A DNA stretch of 64,000 bases from Tricharina praecox (lineage: Eukaryota): NCBI RefSeq assembly GCF_024521635.1, contig NW_026250415.1, positions 434,001-498,000 on the forward strand. Direction: 5' to 3'. This document shows, piece by piece, positions 1 to 14,196 of this stretch. The notes under the pieces are model-generated. The model did no database searches and was not told the DNA's origin. It was given only the letters and a program-made list of their open reading frames with translations. Numbering within the stretch: position 1 is the first letter of the stretch; each line of letters starts with the position of its first letter. The position numbers and the translations under genes were made by a program.

Positions 1-415
1 GGTAAGCAAACCCGTTGGTTACTTCTTCCATGCCCAACTGCTGTCCCTCCTCGTCCTCTATCAGAAGGAACACCTTGACCTGCGACGACCTCCAGCCGGT
101 GCTTCGGAACGGCGGAACCGGAACGGTGATCTGATATTCATCTGGCCGGTTCGTCGGTTTCGGGCTTGCGGTGTTGTTGCATCTGTAAGTGCCAAAAATG
201 AGTCGGAACGAGCGCGGATCCGTGGTCAGATCCGTTGCCGAGTGCAGATGCACCGAAAACAATGCCCCATCTCCTCCGGCGCGTGGATCGCTCCCCACGA
301 TCTGCGGAAGCTCACCGTACTGCCGTGAGCCATAGATGGGCTCGCCGAGGGTTGTAGGTGGATGCTGCTGCGCGGTTTGCTTGGAGGTGATTGATGGGCG
401 ATGTCTCGGGAGTGG

Positions 416-459
<44 letters not shown>

Positions 460-648
460 GGGAGCTGGCCGTCGAGTAGTGAGATTGAGACGGATATGAT
501 CCATAGGCAGGTGGAATGGTGGAATATTGCGCCTGGGCGGGTCTCGAATCGTATTCTTTCCAAAGTCAGTCCACGTCCCGCAAACCAGTGCAGGGCATGC
601 GAGTCAGTTCTCACCAGGTGCCTGAGATGTTTTCCCGTAGCCCGACAT
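1..648 (-). CDS. medA: MedA/medusa-family developmental transcriptional regulator, 5' part (continues off the left edge)
   Basis: ATG at 648 gives MSGYGKTSQAP; intron 614-556 (GTGAGA...ACTGAC...AAG); then open to base 1: EYDSRPAQ...polyQ...LPQIVGSDPRAGGDGALFSVHLHSATDL...FRLIFGTYRC...YQITVPVPPFRSTGWRSSQVKVFLLIEDEEGQQLGMEEVTNGFAY. This resembles the N-terminal region of MedA as I recall it (VPPF..TGW motif). Missing from the ORF track, probably because there is no stop inside the window. Confidence 0.75.
414..460. repeat. (GTT)n/(CAA)n microsatellite encoding polyQ in the medA model
   Basis: Perfect trinucleotide run; reads CAA (Gln) in the medA frame. Confidence 0.9.
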
Positions 649-2406
649 CGACAGCGTAAAGGCCCGAAAGCCAGGCTTGGCCAAAAGGCCCTCCTCAAAG
701 GCCAGGCTAGCTCTACTCGGGTAGTACGATGAAGCGTCGAGAGGTGTAAAGGCAGGAACTCCCACGGGAGTCTTTACAGACTACGGAGGGATATGTAAGC
801 ATTTCGTGGGACGCTTCAAGTTATGTTCAAGGGAATCGCTTCGCACCTGCGGAAGCGGATAAAGTGCGGCCACGATGAAAGCGGTTGAGAGTTGATGGAG
901 GAATAGTAGGGAAACAGCTGTACGATGGTACAGTTGAGGTTGACAAGTTCCGACTCAGTTTGCTGGAGATTCTTTATTTTTTGTTATGGCGTGTGTTCGA
1001 TATGCAGGCTGTGAATTGCGGCAATGCTGGTAAGCTGAGATTTCTGTCTGACAGAGGGAAGGCAGGGCTACTTATTACTAGTCTTCCGTGGAGGCGGCTG
1101 AGGGAGTAGGTACGGGAGTTATGTGAAGGTGAAGGGGGGTGTGTGTGAGTGCGGTGTGTGTGAGTGTGTGTGAGTGTGGGTGGGGAGGGGGTAGTGTAAT
1201 AGATGCAAAGGCGGAGTTGTTGATCTTCTATAAGGCGGTCAAGACTTGTTCGGCTAGCAAGCAAAAGCGTAGTAGAGCAGGTAGGGTATGTGGGTAGCAC
1301 GCCGAAAGATCCACACTGGGGGGTGTGAGTTCTGTGTAAGGGTAGTAGTTCTGTGTCTAAAGCCGGGGTTGGGGTGGGGTGGTGATTAGACGGGTCTCCG
1401 GCTACACTAAGTACTCGGTCGTTGCACCGGGAGCTTGGGGGGGTGGAGGGGGGGGGGGACGGGAGCTGATTGCCTAGCACCTATAGATGGAGTGGGCCTC
1501 AAAAGAGGCGGCAGCGCAGAGGCGGCAGCACAGAGGAAGAGCAGGGCAGGGAGACAAGCAAGCAAGGTAGGCAGAGTAAAGCATGTCGAGTAGATGACCA
1601 GGGCTGGCTGGGGGTGGGTAGGCAAGTACCTGAGAGAACCGCGCTGTCGGGAGCGAGCGCGGTCTGGCCAAGCAGCGAGCAGTCAGTCAGGCCGATACCT
1701 ACCATTGCTTTGGCGACCTGCCAGAAACCAACTTGGCCGAAAGCGCAAGGGGACCGAGACGGAGATGCTGCAAGGGAGAGGAACGAGCGAGATGTCGAGC
1801 GCGGCAAGTGTCTGAAAAGAAGGACTTGCTCCGCGAAAAGAAAAGAAAAGAAAAGAAAGCAAAAAAAAAGAACACCGAACAGAATGGCAGTAGCCACAGC
1901 GGCAGTATCAGACCGAGTGGGCGTGCCGTTTAGGACCGGGTACCAGCTATTATTACTATCATCACCATCATCACCATTGTTGTTGTTTTTATTGTTGTTG
2001 CATTGCTATTATTATTATTTTTGCTTGCTTGCTATTAACGCCTGCGGTAGAGTAAACACAGCTCGATTGTCCATCGAATGCCCGAAGCCCCTTTTCCTGT
2101 AGTCACATACTGGCGCGTGTTTATTTTGTTCCTTCTATGTACTCTATCTACGTAGGAAGCCGGCGGCCGGAGCACGGAGAGGGCGTCGAAAAAAGGAAAC
2201 CACGGGTGGGGAAAAAACAAAGGTCAACTATACCGGACGTTGGACAAGAATTGCTAAGATCTTACTGCAATGCCCGCCGTCCTACTGATGTACAGTGTAT
2301 CTAGATGGATTGGTGTGATGTACGTAGTATGTGCGTTTATGTGTGTGTGGATGTGTGGGTGGGTGGGTATGTACGAGCGGGACCAAGCAAGAGCCCGGAA
2401 CAAGGG

Positions 2407-2456
2407 GGTGGTGATGGTGGTGGTGGTGGTGGTGGTGGTGGTGGTGGTGGTGGTGA
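2407..2456. repeat. (GTG)n microsatellite, followed by (ACT/ACC)-rich low complexity to about 2720
   Basis: Directly visible. Confidence 0.85.
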
Positions 2457-4894
2457 TGCTGGTGGAGGTGGTGGGTGAGGGAGGGGTGGGTGCATGGAGT
2501 GGGAGGAAAAGGGTAGAGTGCGGCGCACTCCTACCCAGTCCGCCCAGACGGAGGGATCCAACGACTGCCGCCATACTACCACCACTACACCCCACTGACT
2601 ACCACTACATACAATTACCTCTACCACTACCCATTACTACTACCACTACCACCACTCACCATAGTTACCACTACTACCCTCCATACCACCTCCACTGCTC
2701 CCGTACCACTACTATACTCTCCGTACCACTACGCTCCATACCATTCATTCATCGCCCTTATCACGTCCTATCGGCGTTTGGGCTTTCCGATGGGTGAAGG
2801 TCCGGCGGCGTGTGCGTGTAAGTACGTGTGCGTTGAGGAAAAATTGAGCTGAGATATTGGCGATCCCAACTGTAACGAGCACATTGCATGTTGGTCATAG
2901 GAGGAGTCGGAGGAAGGAAGGGAGGCCTCTCTTGGTTCGGGACTCGGGAGTGCCCTAATCAGGCATCAAGGGGAAAAATCCCCATAGCTGTGCTTCGGAG
3001 GTTGGTCAAAATGGTGATGAGGCGAAGGAAATTGGTCATCATTCCCTCATGCGAGGCGGGCGGGTTCTTCAAGGAGGCAGGGAAGTTCTTCAAGGCACAG
3101 GGAGAGACGCGGAGAGAGGGAGAAGGCGGAGACGGGGGCGAACAGCAGGAACAGCAATTGCTGGTGCTGCAGCTCAAGGCACTGCGCACAGCACAGCTCA
3201 GCGGGCCCAACGGACAGAGCAGATTCTTCCTGGCCGACCCAGCTCATTAACTGTGAATGGCCGCCCAGGCATGCGTCGTCGGAAGCGATCCGCCAACATA
3301 GCCAGTACTTACCTCACTCTAGTGCCGAACAGCAGATGGTGCATCATCGAAACCCGAGCAAGAGAGAGAATAAGACACTCCATGCGGGCCTAACTATTCA
3401 TACATACTCGCTCGCGTGTTCGGGATCGTTATAGCTACGGAGATCAGATTCGGCATCTGATCTCGAACGGGGTGGTGATGGCGGCGGTGGTAGTAGTGGT
3501 GATGGTGGTAGTGGTGGTAGTGCTCGGCCACAATGCTACGGCGGCGTACACGTAGAATGCCTCCCTCCACAGATGGGGTCAGAGCGCGCGCTTCGCTTTC
3601 CAATGAATACCACCACCGGCGAAAGAGCTATGGTCGATTGACATGCACAGTGAGTGGCATTTGGTTGCATCAGACGCCACAAGTGACAGGAAAAAAGGCG
3701 AGAGTTGTCGTGTTCGAGGAGAGGAGACAGGCGGTTGGTTTGGTTGGTTGGTTGGTGGTGGAAGCGAGCTGGGGGCATCGTATCCAGACCAAACCCACGG
3801 ACCCTTTGAGCGAGTATGAAGTTACCGTAGTTAACCAAGTTGCACTGCCAACCCACCACCCTGTGTCATCCTCCTCCTCCATTCGCGAGCAGCGCTCTGT
3901 GGAAGTAGTAAAAAATAAAAAAATAAAAAACGCTGTACTCCCGATTAGCCGGACATCGAGTAGGGTCGATACCGTACCCCTTCCTTCCTTCCCTTCCCTA
4001 CCGTGCTCCATTGACTCTAGGGGCAAATCTGTGGATCTACGCAGGTGAGTCCGATTGATGTGATGACATGCGGCAGTGCAGTGCCTACTCTACTCTAGTA
4101 TTTGATGAGACAGCAAATATTCCTATGTACCAGCTGGCGTCAGTGCAGTACTATATCTACTATAGAGCACGTCTGTATGTACTTGCCGCCGCCGCGCAAC
4201 CTCAGATCTCTCCTGCGACGCGCATAGAGTAGGTACCAGACCGCTCGGGTCACAGCCCAGCGCATCATCGTCATCGTCATCGTCGCCGTCGTCGCCGTCG
4301 TCGACTTTATCATCAGCATCATCACCATGATCATCATCATCACTTAGCCACCCCCCCCCCTTCCCCCCGGCGCTCGCCAGGGCTTTCGCCATCCCGTCCG
4401 TCAGGGCGGGCAGGGCCGACGTGTATGTAGAGCTCCCCTCTGCAGTTCATTGCAGGCCTCACATTTAAGATCTCCATAATATCATAGTTGCGGGTAAACG
4501 CCCCCCCAGCCTCCAGGCCCCTCCCCCTTGTAAGTTACATACTCCTGGTTCAGTGGTTACCTAGGTTACTCCTTTTTTGAGTGATCGTCCCCAAAATAGC
4601 CTGCGTACACCGCAGTGCGGTGCGGAAACCGAAAAAACAGGGGTTTACATATGGTACTCTAGGTATGGTATGGTACTCTAGGTGCGGTCGATCTCGCGAG
4701 TCGCAAAACACCAAGACCCAGACCCAAAACCCAAGAACCTTATCCTTTGCATCTTCGGTAACTTGAGGGGTGAGTGGGTGAATGGGGGTGGGTGATACAT
4801 AGAGTGCAGTGTAGGTAGTGCACGGCGGGCCGGGAGGGAGGGAGACAGGAGAGAATGTGATGGTAATGGTAAAGGCAATGGCATGGGCAATGGC

Positions 4895-4975
4895 AAAGGG
4901 TAAAGGCAAAGGCAAAGGCAAAGGTAAAGGTAAAGGTAAAGGTAAAGGTAAAGGTAAAGGTAAAGGCAAAGGCAA
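4895..4975. repeat. (AAAGGT/AAAGGC)n hexanucleotide microsatellite
   Basis: About 13 tandem hexamers; source of the spurious LPLP/FTFT ORFs. Confidence 0.9.
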
Positions 4976-7900
4976 ATGCAAAGGGCATTAGGGGTAACCA
5001 CTTCCCTATTTGACTTGACTGGCGGTACAATACGCGTACATGTGTAGAGTACGGGTGGCCCGGTGCGTAAGCACTGGATTTGAAGGCAAAGAACGTCTGC
5101 CTGGATATGGCACATCTGATAGGGAGGCGGGCATTCGGGCGGGCATTCGGGCCTGCAGGAATACCTAACAAGTGGCTGACTAAATTGGCCACCCCGTCCG
5201 TCCGTCCATCCGTCCGTGCTGCCGGTCCGAGTCCCTTCTTCGCAAGCAGTCCATCTATCCAGTCCTCAGTCCAGTCCATCTATCCGGGGGAGAAGGGGTG
5301 GGGGGGTGGGGGGGCACTGCACCCACTGGACGAAACAATCCCAACCATGCGCATGGCGTGCAATTCAGCTCTCTTCGTCTTCGTTTTTGAGGGGGTCAAA
5401 CCCGAACGGACGTCGGATGGTGATACAGGAATAATCAAAAGTAATAAACTATAGTAGATATAGTAGCAGTACGCAGTGAGTAGAGCAGAGCAGATCAGAG
5501 TAGAGTAGAGTACGGAATGCATGAAATAAAGGAGCGAGCCTAGAACTTTGAACTCCGCACGCCATACAATTCCATCTACATCTCTAAACTGAACCAAATG
5601 TTTCCTCCACGAAAGAAAAAAGAAACGAAAAGAAAAGGAATAAAAAGAAAAGAGAAACCGACAGAAATCCAGACAGAAAATCGAAAAAGAAAGGAAAAAA
5701 AGAAGGAAAAACACCCCCTCCTCCCGCCCGCCCGCCGGCCGGACCGGACCTTCACAGAAACGGCCGCAGATATTAGACATGACATGACGACGACAGCGAC
5801 GACGACAGCGACAGCGACTACATAGAGCACACGGTCAGATACGGTACCGCTTAGCACCAACCGATAACCAACCAACCCAACCCAACCCATCCATCAATCG
5901 CGTCGGATGATCATGGGTTCATCATGGGTTCATGGATTCATGGACTGTCTGGCCTCCACGTTCCGTACCGTACCTAGCTGTCCATGGTGAACCTACATAT
6001 CTACACACACACATACAGACACGTTCCGCTCTTGCCCCCTAGGCCGATTCGGGATACATACCGACCCATCCCATCCCCATCCTGCCTGCCTGCCTGCCTG
6101 CTCCAAGCAGGCAATCTGTCCGATCATGATCGACGGCAAGCGGTGAAATGAACACCGATACTCGAGGCTTCCCGGGGGGGGCTGTTCCAGCACACGCAAT
6201 GGGTTGGAGTAGCGATCACGATTGCAGTTGATATTGATATCCCGTGCGGGCGGCGGCCAGCCTCTTTTCTGGGGCACTTGGCCCGTCCGGGTAGGTGGGC
6301 CAAGCAGCTAGAGTGGAGTAGAGTAGAGCACTAAACCATACTCCACTGGTAGATATCTGGGCAAGCACTCTATTATTTCGCTAGCGACCCTTCCGAAAGG
6401 GTAGCAGCCGCCGCCTCCGCCGCCTCCGCAGCAGCAGCAGCAGCGTTCCGCCCTGCTACATACTCGCGTCGGTGAGGTCGCTCGTGGACGCAACACGATC
6501 CGCGTCCCACCTGACATCGGAGCGGACTCTGCGGAGTGGAGTGGAAACGGAAGAGGAAGCAATTTCTTGACCTCACGCGCGCCAGTCTTGTGGGTGGGTA
6601 CATTACGACATAAATGTTCTTTTTTCTACATAAACATGGAACACAACTCCTTCCTGATGGTATCACAGAGAGTAGATGTGAAATGCCTACCCAAGTAAGT
6701 ATGATATCCAAATACTCTACATACCCTACACGGGGGGGTACGTACCTACTTCGATGTAGAGTACTGGGAGAGCAGGTGTGCATGTAGTTACTCTACATAC
6801 TGTACTCTACTATACACAGTGCTGCGCGTGCAGCATGTATGTACCATCCTGCATCGCTGTCACCGATCACACATCTCCCAGAGATATCCCTGGACCCCAC
6901 CCGCCGCCGAGGAGAGCTGGCAGCACCGGCATCTGCACTGAGCATTTCAGAGTGTGCGGCAATCTTGCGTATGGCACTAACCCGCATTCGCTGCCCCCGA
7001 CTAACCCACTGCCCGATTGGGATCGGGGGGTCGGATTCGCTCCGCTCAAATAATTGCTTCGCTGCTTTCGCTAGTGCCTGCTCCAAGCGGCGGCCGGAGC
7101 CTCGCCCTCCCCTCAGGCCCCAGGCAGATCATGCACGACAGCCCCTCTCCCAGAGAGCGAATCGAGTCGTCGATTGGGCGCAAGCATCACGAGGGCGATA
7201 CCGCTGCATTCGATATCTGGGAAATCCGCCGAAATTCTCCCGAGACGCACGGCCGGTCATCTACTCACCAACACGGACAACAGAAAACGGGGTGCCCACC
7301 CCTAACAGCGTCCACACACGGGCACTACCCTAGGTGAGTGGCAAATACTCTACATATCCACACACACTCACAGCACACTCACGCTCACACTCTCAGCGCG
7401 CTCACTCTCAGCGCGCTCGAGCTCACTCAGCGCTCAATCCATGAACGGCATCATGATTCGCCCCCCCTCTCCGCCCCGGACCGCACCCTACTGGAAGAGC
7501 AACATCTTCACTCCGCCGCCGCCCATCTCTCTCGGCCACCACCCCCCATTCACTCTCTATCTTTCTCCCTCTCCTGGACAGCCCCCCCCCCTCCCATCGC
7601 GCTCGGCGGTCAGAATTCCACTCGTGGCTAATGCGCGCTCAACCATATGCGAAGGTACATAGAGTACTTTGGAGCACCTCGCTCCGCTCAACAATAATTC
7701 GACTTGTTTGGTTTACCCGGTAGCGTCGTTGCTGGGGGGCGGGGGGGAGGTCGCGCGTCCAGGGTTCGGATCAGCGAGCGAGCGAGTGAGTGAGCACGGC
7801 TGGGTCACCGAGTCACGCATGCTTGCGGGTCGGCTTGGTTGGCTGAGAGCGCAAGTTGTCGCGGACCGGAGAGCATGAACGTGGCAGGTGGAACCTCCCT

Positions 7901-10900
7901 CCCCAAGCGGCCGCCGAAGGAAGGCGGCTAGCTAGCTACACAGCTAAGCTATGCTTACCGTACTTGGCTTGTTCACGAGTTGTTTTGTTTCTCGGAAGAT
8001 TACCATGGTCCGCCTTCCCCCCTCTCCCCCCCAGTTCACGGAGAGGGCGACTTGGACGCGCCTTTCGACGGATGGTTGGCGCAGATCATAACTGTTTGAT
8101 CTGTTCCTCCGCCGTGATGGGAAACGATAATAATACTACATATAGAGGGCGAGTACTCTTGGCACCGTATATTACTACTAGTATGTGGTACTTCGAGTAG
8201 CACCGCGTCGTCGTCGCCGGCCCCGATAGAGCTCCTCCCTACTCTACTCTACTCTCCGTCACAGGGGATGACTTGAAAGAGACTAGCCACCATCACCATC
8301 ACCATCACCACCACCATCATCATCATGCATATCTGGAGTAGACACCCGGGCAGGTACCCAGGTACTTCCCTATGTCGGTACTCTACTTTCCATCTAGGTA
8401 CTCTACTCTAGGCAAGTACCTAGGCAATACTCGATGGCCGCCCGTCTACATATGTACCATCCCGGTTCCCAGCTCCCAGCTCCCCCCCCTCGCCCCTCCC
8501 ATCCCCTCCCTCCCCTTGAAGAACCCCCTCCCCCTCCCAGCTCCCCCTCACCACCTGCGCCGACCCAAAACGACTGTCAGATCCACGCAGCCCAAGCGCA
8601 TCATACCGAATCTGTTTTCCGTTTCAAAGCATCGTCCAACGCGGCCGGAGGAGTTGTATCGTTTCAGCATAGAACGGGAAGGGAAGCCACTTTTTCGAAT
8701 GATCGGCGCTGCAGGTCACCATGCTTGTCCCTTGGCGCAGTTGGTTTCCGAGAAGGTTGAGGGAGGGGGGAGGGGGGGAGGGAAAGAAAGCGATAGCCGC
8801 TCCAAGTGCCGTAACAAGGCCGATCCTGTTTTCGGCACCACAGGCGGATAGTAACACGATCTGAGTGAGCACAGGGTCGCGAAAGGCGATTAGCGGTTTC
8901 GACAGGGATAGGGATATAAGAAGTCGATGTGGGGGGTCCGCGCATCGAAAATTGCACATCTCAAGCGACACCAGGATGCCAGTGATGAGATCGAGGCTGT
9001 GGGCCAGCCGGGAATCTCTCTGGCTGTTCGATTCAGCTCCTGCCTGCCTGTCTGTCTGCTCGCAACGCGGCGCGGCAGGCTTGACATGGCTGAAGTGGCT
9101 CCTCCTCACCTAGGAGAACCTTCTTTTTTTTTTTGATTCGACCCCATCTTACACACGCCCTCCCCCCCCCCCCAATCCCCAATCAGTGTTTGGCCGCGCA
9201 CGGGAACAATGTCTCGATTGACAGCGGATCCCCGCATGCAACACTTCTTCGTCTTCTGTTTTTTTTTTTTTGATTTGGTTTTTGTTTTCTACAGAGATGC
9301 GACCCATTTCGGAGACCCCCCCTTCCTTGGATCTTATTCTTTGTCGCGTCCGAACACCACAGACTTATCGATCGACTCACATCGCGCTATCCGCAACTCT
9401 ACGCAGGGGGGCAGGGGGGAAGGCTATGCCGCTATGTATGTAGAGTTCTGACATGGAAAACCATCAGAGTTGAGCGAGCAAGCCGAGCACTGCACCGCCG
9501 CACGTAAAATAGAACAGAAAAGAAAAAAAAAGAAAAGAATAGTAATATTAATGAAGGATAAAAAGAATGAGGAGGAGGGGGAAGAGAATGGATTGGCTCC
9601 TCTGTCCGCAGAACCTTCTGAAGGTATCTTGTGCTTCTAGAGCAGGTACCTAGAAAGTAGAGTCTCTGAGCTCTTGTCCAGTCGGCGGGCTCGATACTTA
9701 TCGACGTACTTCATACTATACCCAAGCAACCGCAGGTCCGCAGGTCCACAGTAGTATTTCACATTCACCCTAGATCATGTAAGTATGGTATGGTAGGTAC
9801 TCCGGTTCGCAAGTCGACTCTGATCACCGTGCTATCACCCCTTTCCGATCTCGAACGGCGAGATCCACCGCAATGCGGAACAGAAACAAGCATCGCGCCC
9901 CCCGCCCCGCCCTCCCCGAACCACGATCTCTTTTTCCAATCATCGCTGGGGCCACCCGGACGTGGTTACTCTACTGCAGTCTGAACTTCTGAAGTGTTAG
10001 CTCGGTGCAGCAGCAGCCTTGGCTCAGGCTCATGCTCATATGACATGAGCACCATATGCTATCCAACTCCAACTCCAACTTTCCCTTCCGCTGGTTCGAC
10101 TGGGCATATGGGACACCGGGGCATATCTATGGGACATGCCTGTCAAAAATGGTCATCCATCCACTCACCGCTGTTGGATCTGGATTGAATCTTGATAGGT
10201 GATAGGCCACTGAAACATTTCTACGAGCCGAGCTGCCCGCTATGTATGTACATACTAGTATGTATCTAGTTTATCTCGACCGCATGCTACCAGTGCTGTG
10301 GCCACTTTACAGGAGAGGAAGAACCTCGTTGTCCCCCCCCCCCCCTCCCCCCCCTCCCCCTTAGTCTCAACCACAACTACATCGGGACCCCCCTCCCCCC
10401 CAGATTACGCAGGCTGTGAGATCTCTCCCTTGGGCCCTTAGGGAATCTACCGCTTCCAGCAACTTCAGAAGCCACTGAAGCGGGCGAGGGACGAGGTGGG
10501 AGGGGGGGGGGGGGGTGGGTGTGGGTGTGGGGCCCAGATGATGACAACAGCTGAACGGGAGGGTCGGATGACCCGGGTAGCGGTAACCATAACTATTCTA
10601 CTATTCTACTAGGTACTGTACTATTACTACTCCACTCTAGAGGATAATGCGGACCACATACTTGCATTTCGTTACGAGGGCCTGTGCAGTTACTGTTCAT
10701 GCGTCGCGTTGGTGGTGGATGCGGACAGCTCTTGGACCACCGTGGTACGGTAGACCAGACCAGGCAAATGGGGCAGGCAAGATACCCTGAGGTTGCTATT
10801 ATGCTCTACTCTGCTCTGCTCTGTTATGTTGTACTGTGGATATGAATGAATACCCATCGGCCACGGAATCCCAAATCCCCCCCCTCCTTCGTGACAATCG

Positions 10901-13086
10901 CAAACCAACATACGCACCCTTAACCAAATCGGCGGTGTCGGGGTGGATCCAAGTGGACTCCACTCCAAACGCGCGCTCTTCTAAGCAGCAATCGATCCGC
11001 ACCATGGTGTAGAGTGGGGAGGGGGAGGGGGTGTATCTCTTTTTTTCTTTCCTTTCTTCTTATTTCTTTCCCACACTGCTCTGCTGTGTGACGACCACGT
11101 CAATGACGGCGATCTGATTCTGATTCTGATACCGTAGCCAAGGTCCCAAGGTCCAAGGATCCCGCAGCGCAGCGCAGCTCGATGGGATACATACATCCAT
11201 GATATATACAGACATCCGGAAATGTGTCTTCCGGAGGGCCTGCAGCTTACAGCTTGCAGGCCGCTGGTTGTGAGTAATTCGATGGCTCTACTACTGCTAG
11301 TGAGCTAATCTGCATACCTATCCGCGGGAGAGAATGGAGAGATTACATACGGTTGGTTGGTTGCATACATACATAAATGCTACATAATATACATAAGATA
11401 GTATAGGTAGGTAGGCTAGCACATATCTACCGGAATCTCGCAAGTTGAGACCTTCATCTGGGTTCTGGGCGATCAATCCAGATCTGTACTTTCTTCTCTA
11501 CTAGGTACTAGTAGAATGACTAACAACTAGTAAAGTAGTTTTCTCGAAGGAGGCAGAAACCGCGTTGGTTGGAAAGGGCTGGGGAGAGGGGGGGGGAGGG
11601 GAGAGGGGGGGAGGGGGGAGGGGATGGAGATGGGGGGGTGCGGCAGATGGATCTTCTAGCGCAAGCACCTAGGAAGGTGTCCGAGAAGGATCCCATCCAT
11701 CCATCAGCCGTCAGACTCAAACCTGCGGTTGAGACAACGAGACTGCTGCAACTATACTCCGCCTATCATACCTACGGCTCGAACTATGTACGGTAGAGTA
11801 CTAGGTAGCAGGTAATAGTAGTAGGTAGCCTGGCGGACATGTCTCAGCTGTCTCAGCTGTCTCTCTCAACGGCGGCGGTCACCCATCATCCATCATCCAT
11901 CAGCTTTCCCATCTTCCCTTGGCGAAAACTTTATCTTCCAAAGGGAGGGAGAGCCTAGTCACATTCGCCGCCCCTGGGTCCCGGCTCGCAGTGTCGAGTG
12001 ACAGATTGTGAGCTTCCTCGAATAGAGCCTGGGTTTTGCTCGTGTTCAACTATGCCGACTGGTGGATCCGGACCTGCATACCATCGAGAGATCTCGAGAC
12101 TCGAGAGGTACTGTATACTTACGCACAGGGGCTGGTCCTTGCTTTCAACAACCGCAATACCAACACTCATCTCCCCTCCCCCCGCCCCTCCGTATGTAGA
12201 GGTCGAATTGCGCTACATACTGATGTGTACCGGTATGCTGCTCAAGATACCCAAGTAAGCATCTCACTACCCGCTCCCACTCTATGTAGAGTCTACACAC
12301 ACACACCAGCGGCCACCTGGGTATGCAAACGATGCAAATGATGTAAAAGAAGGCTACTTCAAGCTCTCAGCTCCGCCAGTCTGGATCCACATTCGCACCT
12401 GCTGTATGTACATACCTACCCTTTGAGGGTTGAGGGTTGAGGGGTGAGGGACGAGGGGCAGGCCTACTAGTATTGGTTTCAGAGATCCTGCACAGTTCAT
12501 GTACCATCAGCTCACTAGGTAGAGTAGAGCAGAGAGCACCCTGAATGAAAGACGGGGCTCCAGGGGCGAGAGCGACGGGGAGGGAGGGAGGGAGAGAAAC
12601 GTTCCAAGCCTCTTTCAGCGTACATTTGGAAGAGTATCCACCCCCTCCCTCCTGCTCGTCGGTCTTCCCGAGTTCAAAGCCTCTCGAATATGGATGGATA
12701 GCTGCCGACTTGGATGGAGTAGGAATGCTAGAATTTCCAGCCAGCCAGCCAGCCAGCCTTTGCTCTCCCCCCCATCTTCAACTTCAACAATCAGAATCAG
12801 ATGCATGCAGATCCCTTTTTCGCTCGCGAATCGGCTTGCTGGCAATCACACCCATTCGAGCAGTAGCAGTGGTGGGTGGGTAGTGGGGAGGGTGGTATTA
12901 GCATTGGTGGGTGAAACGCCTCCCCCCGACCGACATACATACAGCATACATATCATACACACGCACATACATATCATACATACAGCATACATACAGGTGA
13001 GACCTATCCATCTCAAGGAGCAGATGCGCCATCCATCAGCAAAGCAAGATGGCCGCACCAGCACCAGCCAGCACCAGCAGCGGCAG

Positions 13087-13123
<37 letters not shown>

Positions 13124-14196
13124 CGTCAACTGAACGCCTGTGCCAAGTCAGAAGCCCCGCGATTGGCGAGCCCAAGAACTGGCTTGTGATTTGCCTCTGC
13201 CGGTGCTCTGTCTCTGCAGTTCGGGCCTCTGCCGGCGTTCTAGCTAGTCGCTCCCCCCCCCTCCATAGATCGTGTGTAGCTTTGTATGTATGTATGTAGC
13301 TGCACGCACGCATGCTCGCTCTTCACCGTACGGATGCGAGCGGGACAGGACAGGGCAGGGCAGGACAGATGAGAGTGCGCGCGGGCGCGGGCGGGCGGCT
13401 TGGACAACAGCTGTCATGGACGCAACCAGGTGGTGGTGGTGACGATAATGATAAATAATGATTGTGATGATTGCGATGATGATGATACATAGAGGTGGCA
13501 AAATTCCTCCACGCCCCATCATCCATCCTCGCACTCCATAATTATTTCTTGGTCACAGGGGGACAACCAAAAACACAACAGGAGATTCGTTTCATTAACT
13601 CATTCCCACAACTCCGCCCGCCCCGTCCGCCCCGGTGAGCGAGCGAGAACAAGTGAAAGGATCCTCCCTTTTTTTCCTACTCAGAAACCAAAGAAAATTG
13701 ACTGACTGACTGACTGACTGGGTCATAACCGTTGAGCGGCAGCGACATCAACATCAAAAGGAAACTGCAATGGCCGGACCGCATCGGCAAAAGAAACCTG
13801 AGACAGAATATTACTCCGGCCCCACCCAAGACAGAGACGCATGCTCTTCTTACAAGTTGCTTGGTTAGGTGTCGGGCCGAATGGATACATAATCGACTAG
13901 CAGAGAAAGCCACTTGACATTACAACTCCAGTCTCTCCACCAACCTCCAACTCAACCACTCAGAAAGAAAGAAAGGATGAGGCATCCTAGCAGAGATCCG
14001 TTATCTGACAATACCTGACTCTGCATACTTGCCTCGGATATTCGTATTTTTTTCTTTTGTTTTCTTCTCTTTTTCCTGTTGCAACAATCCCATGTAGACA
14101 AAAGAAAACACCCAGCAGTAAAGTAGCAGCACAGGCTAGTACATGTGCCGAAACCGTCCCCCCTCCCACCACCTCCCAGCTTTCTTGGGGGCTATC

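Noticed and set aside
226-732. ORF-track polyN, polyT and polyV ORFs
   Set aside because: Alternative frames of the (CAA)n run; the real frame is the polyQ medA frame.
2254-13534. Many 60-200 aa ORFs (polyV/T/P, LPLP, THTH and similar)
   Set aside because: Products of microsatellites and low-complexity DNA; mostly non-ATG starts, no domains.
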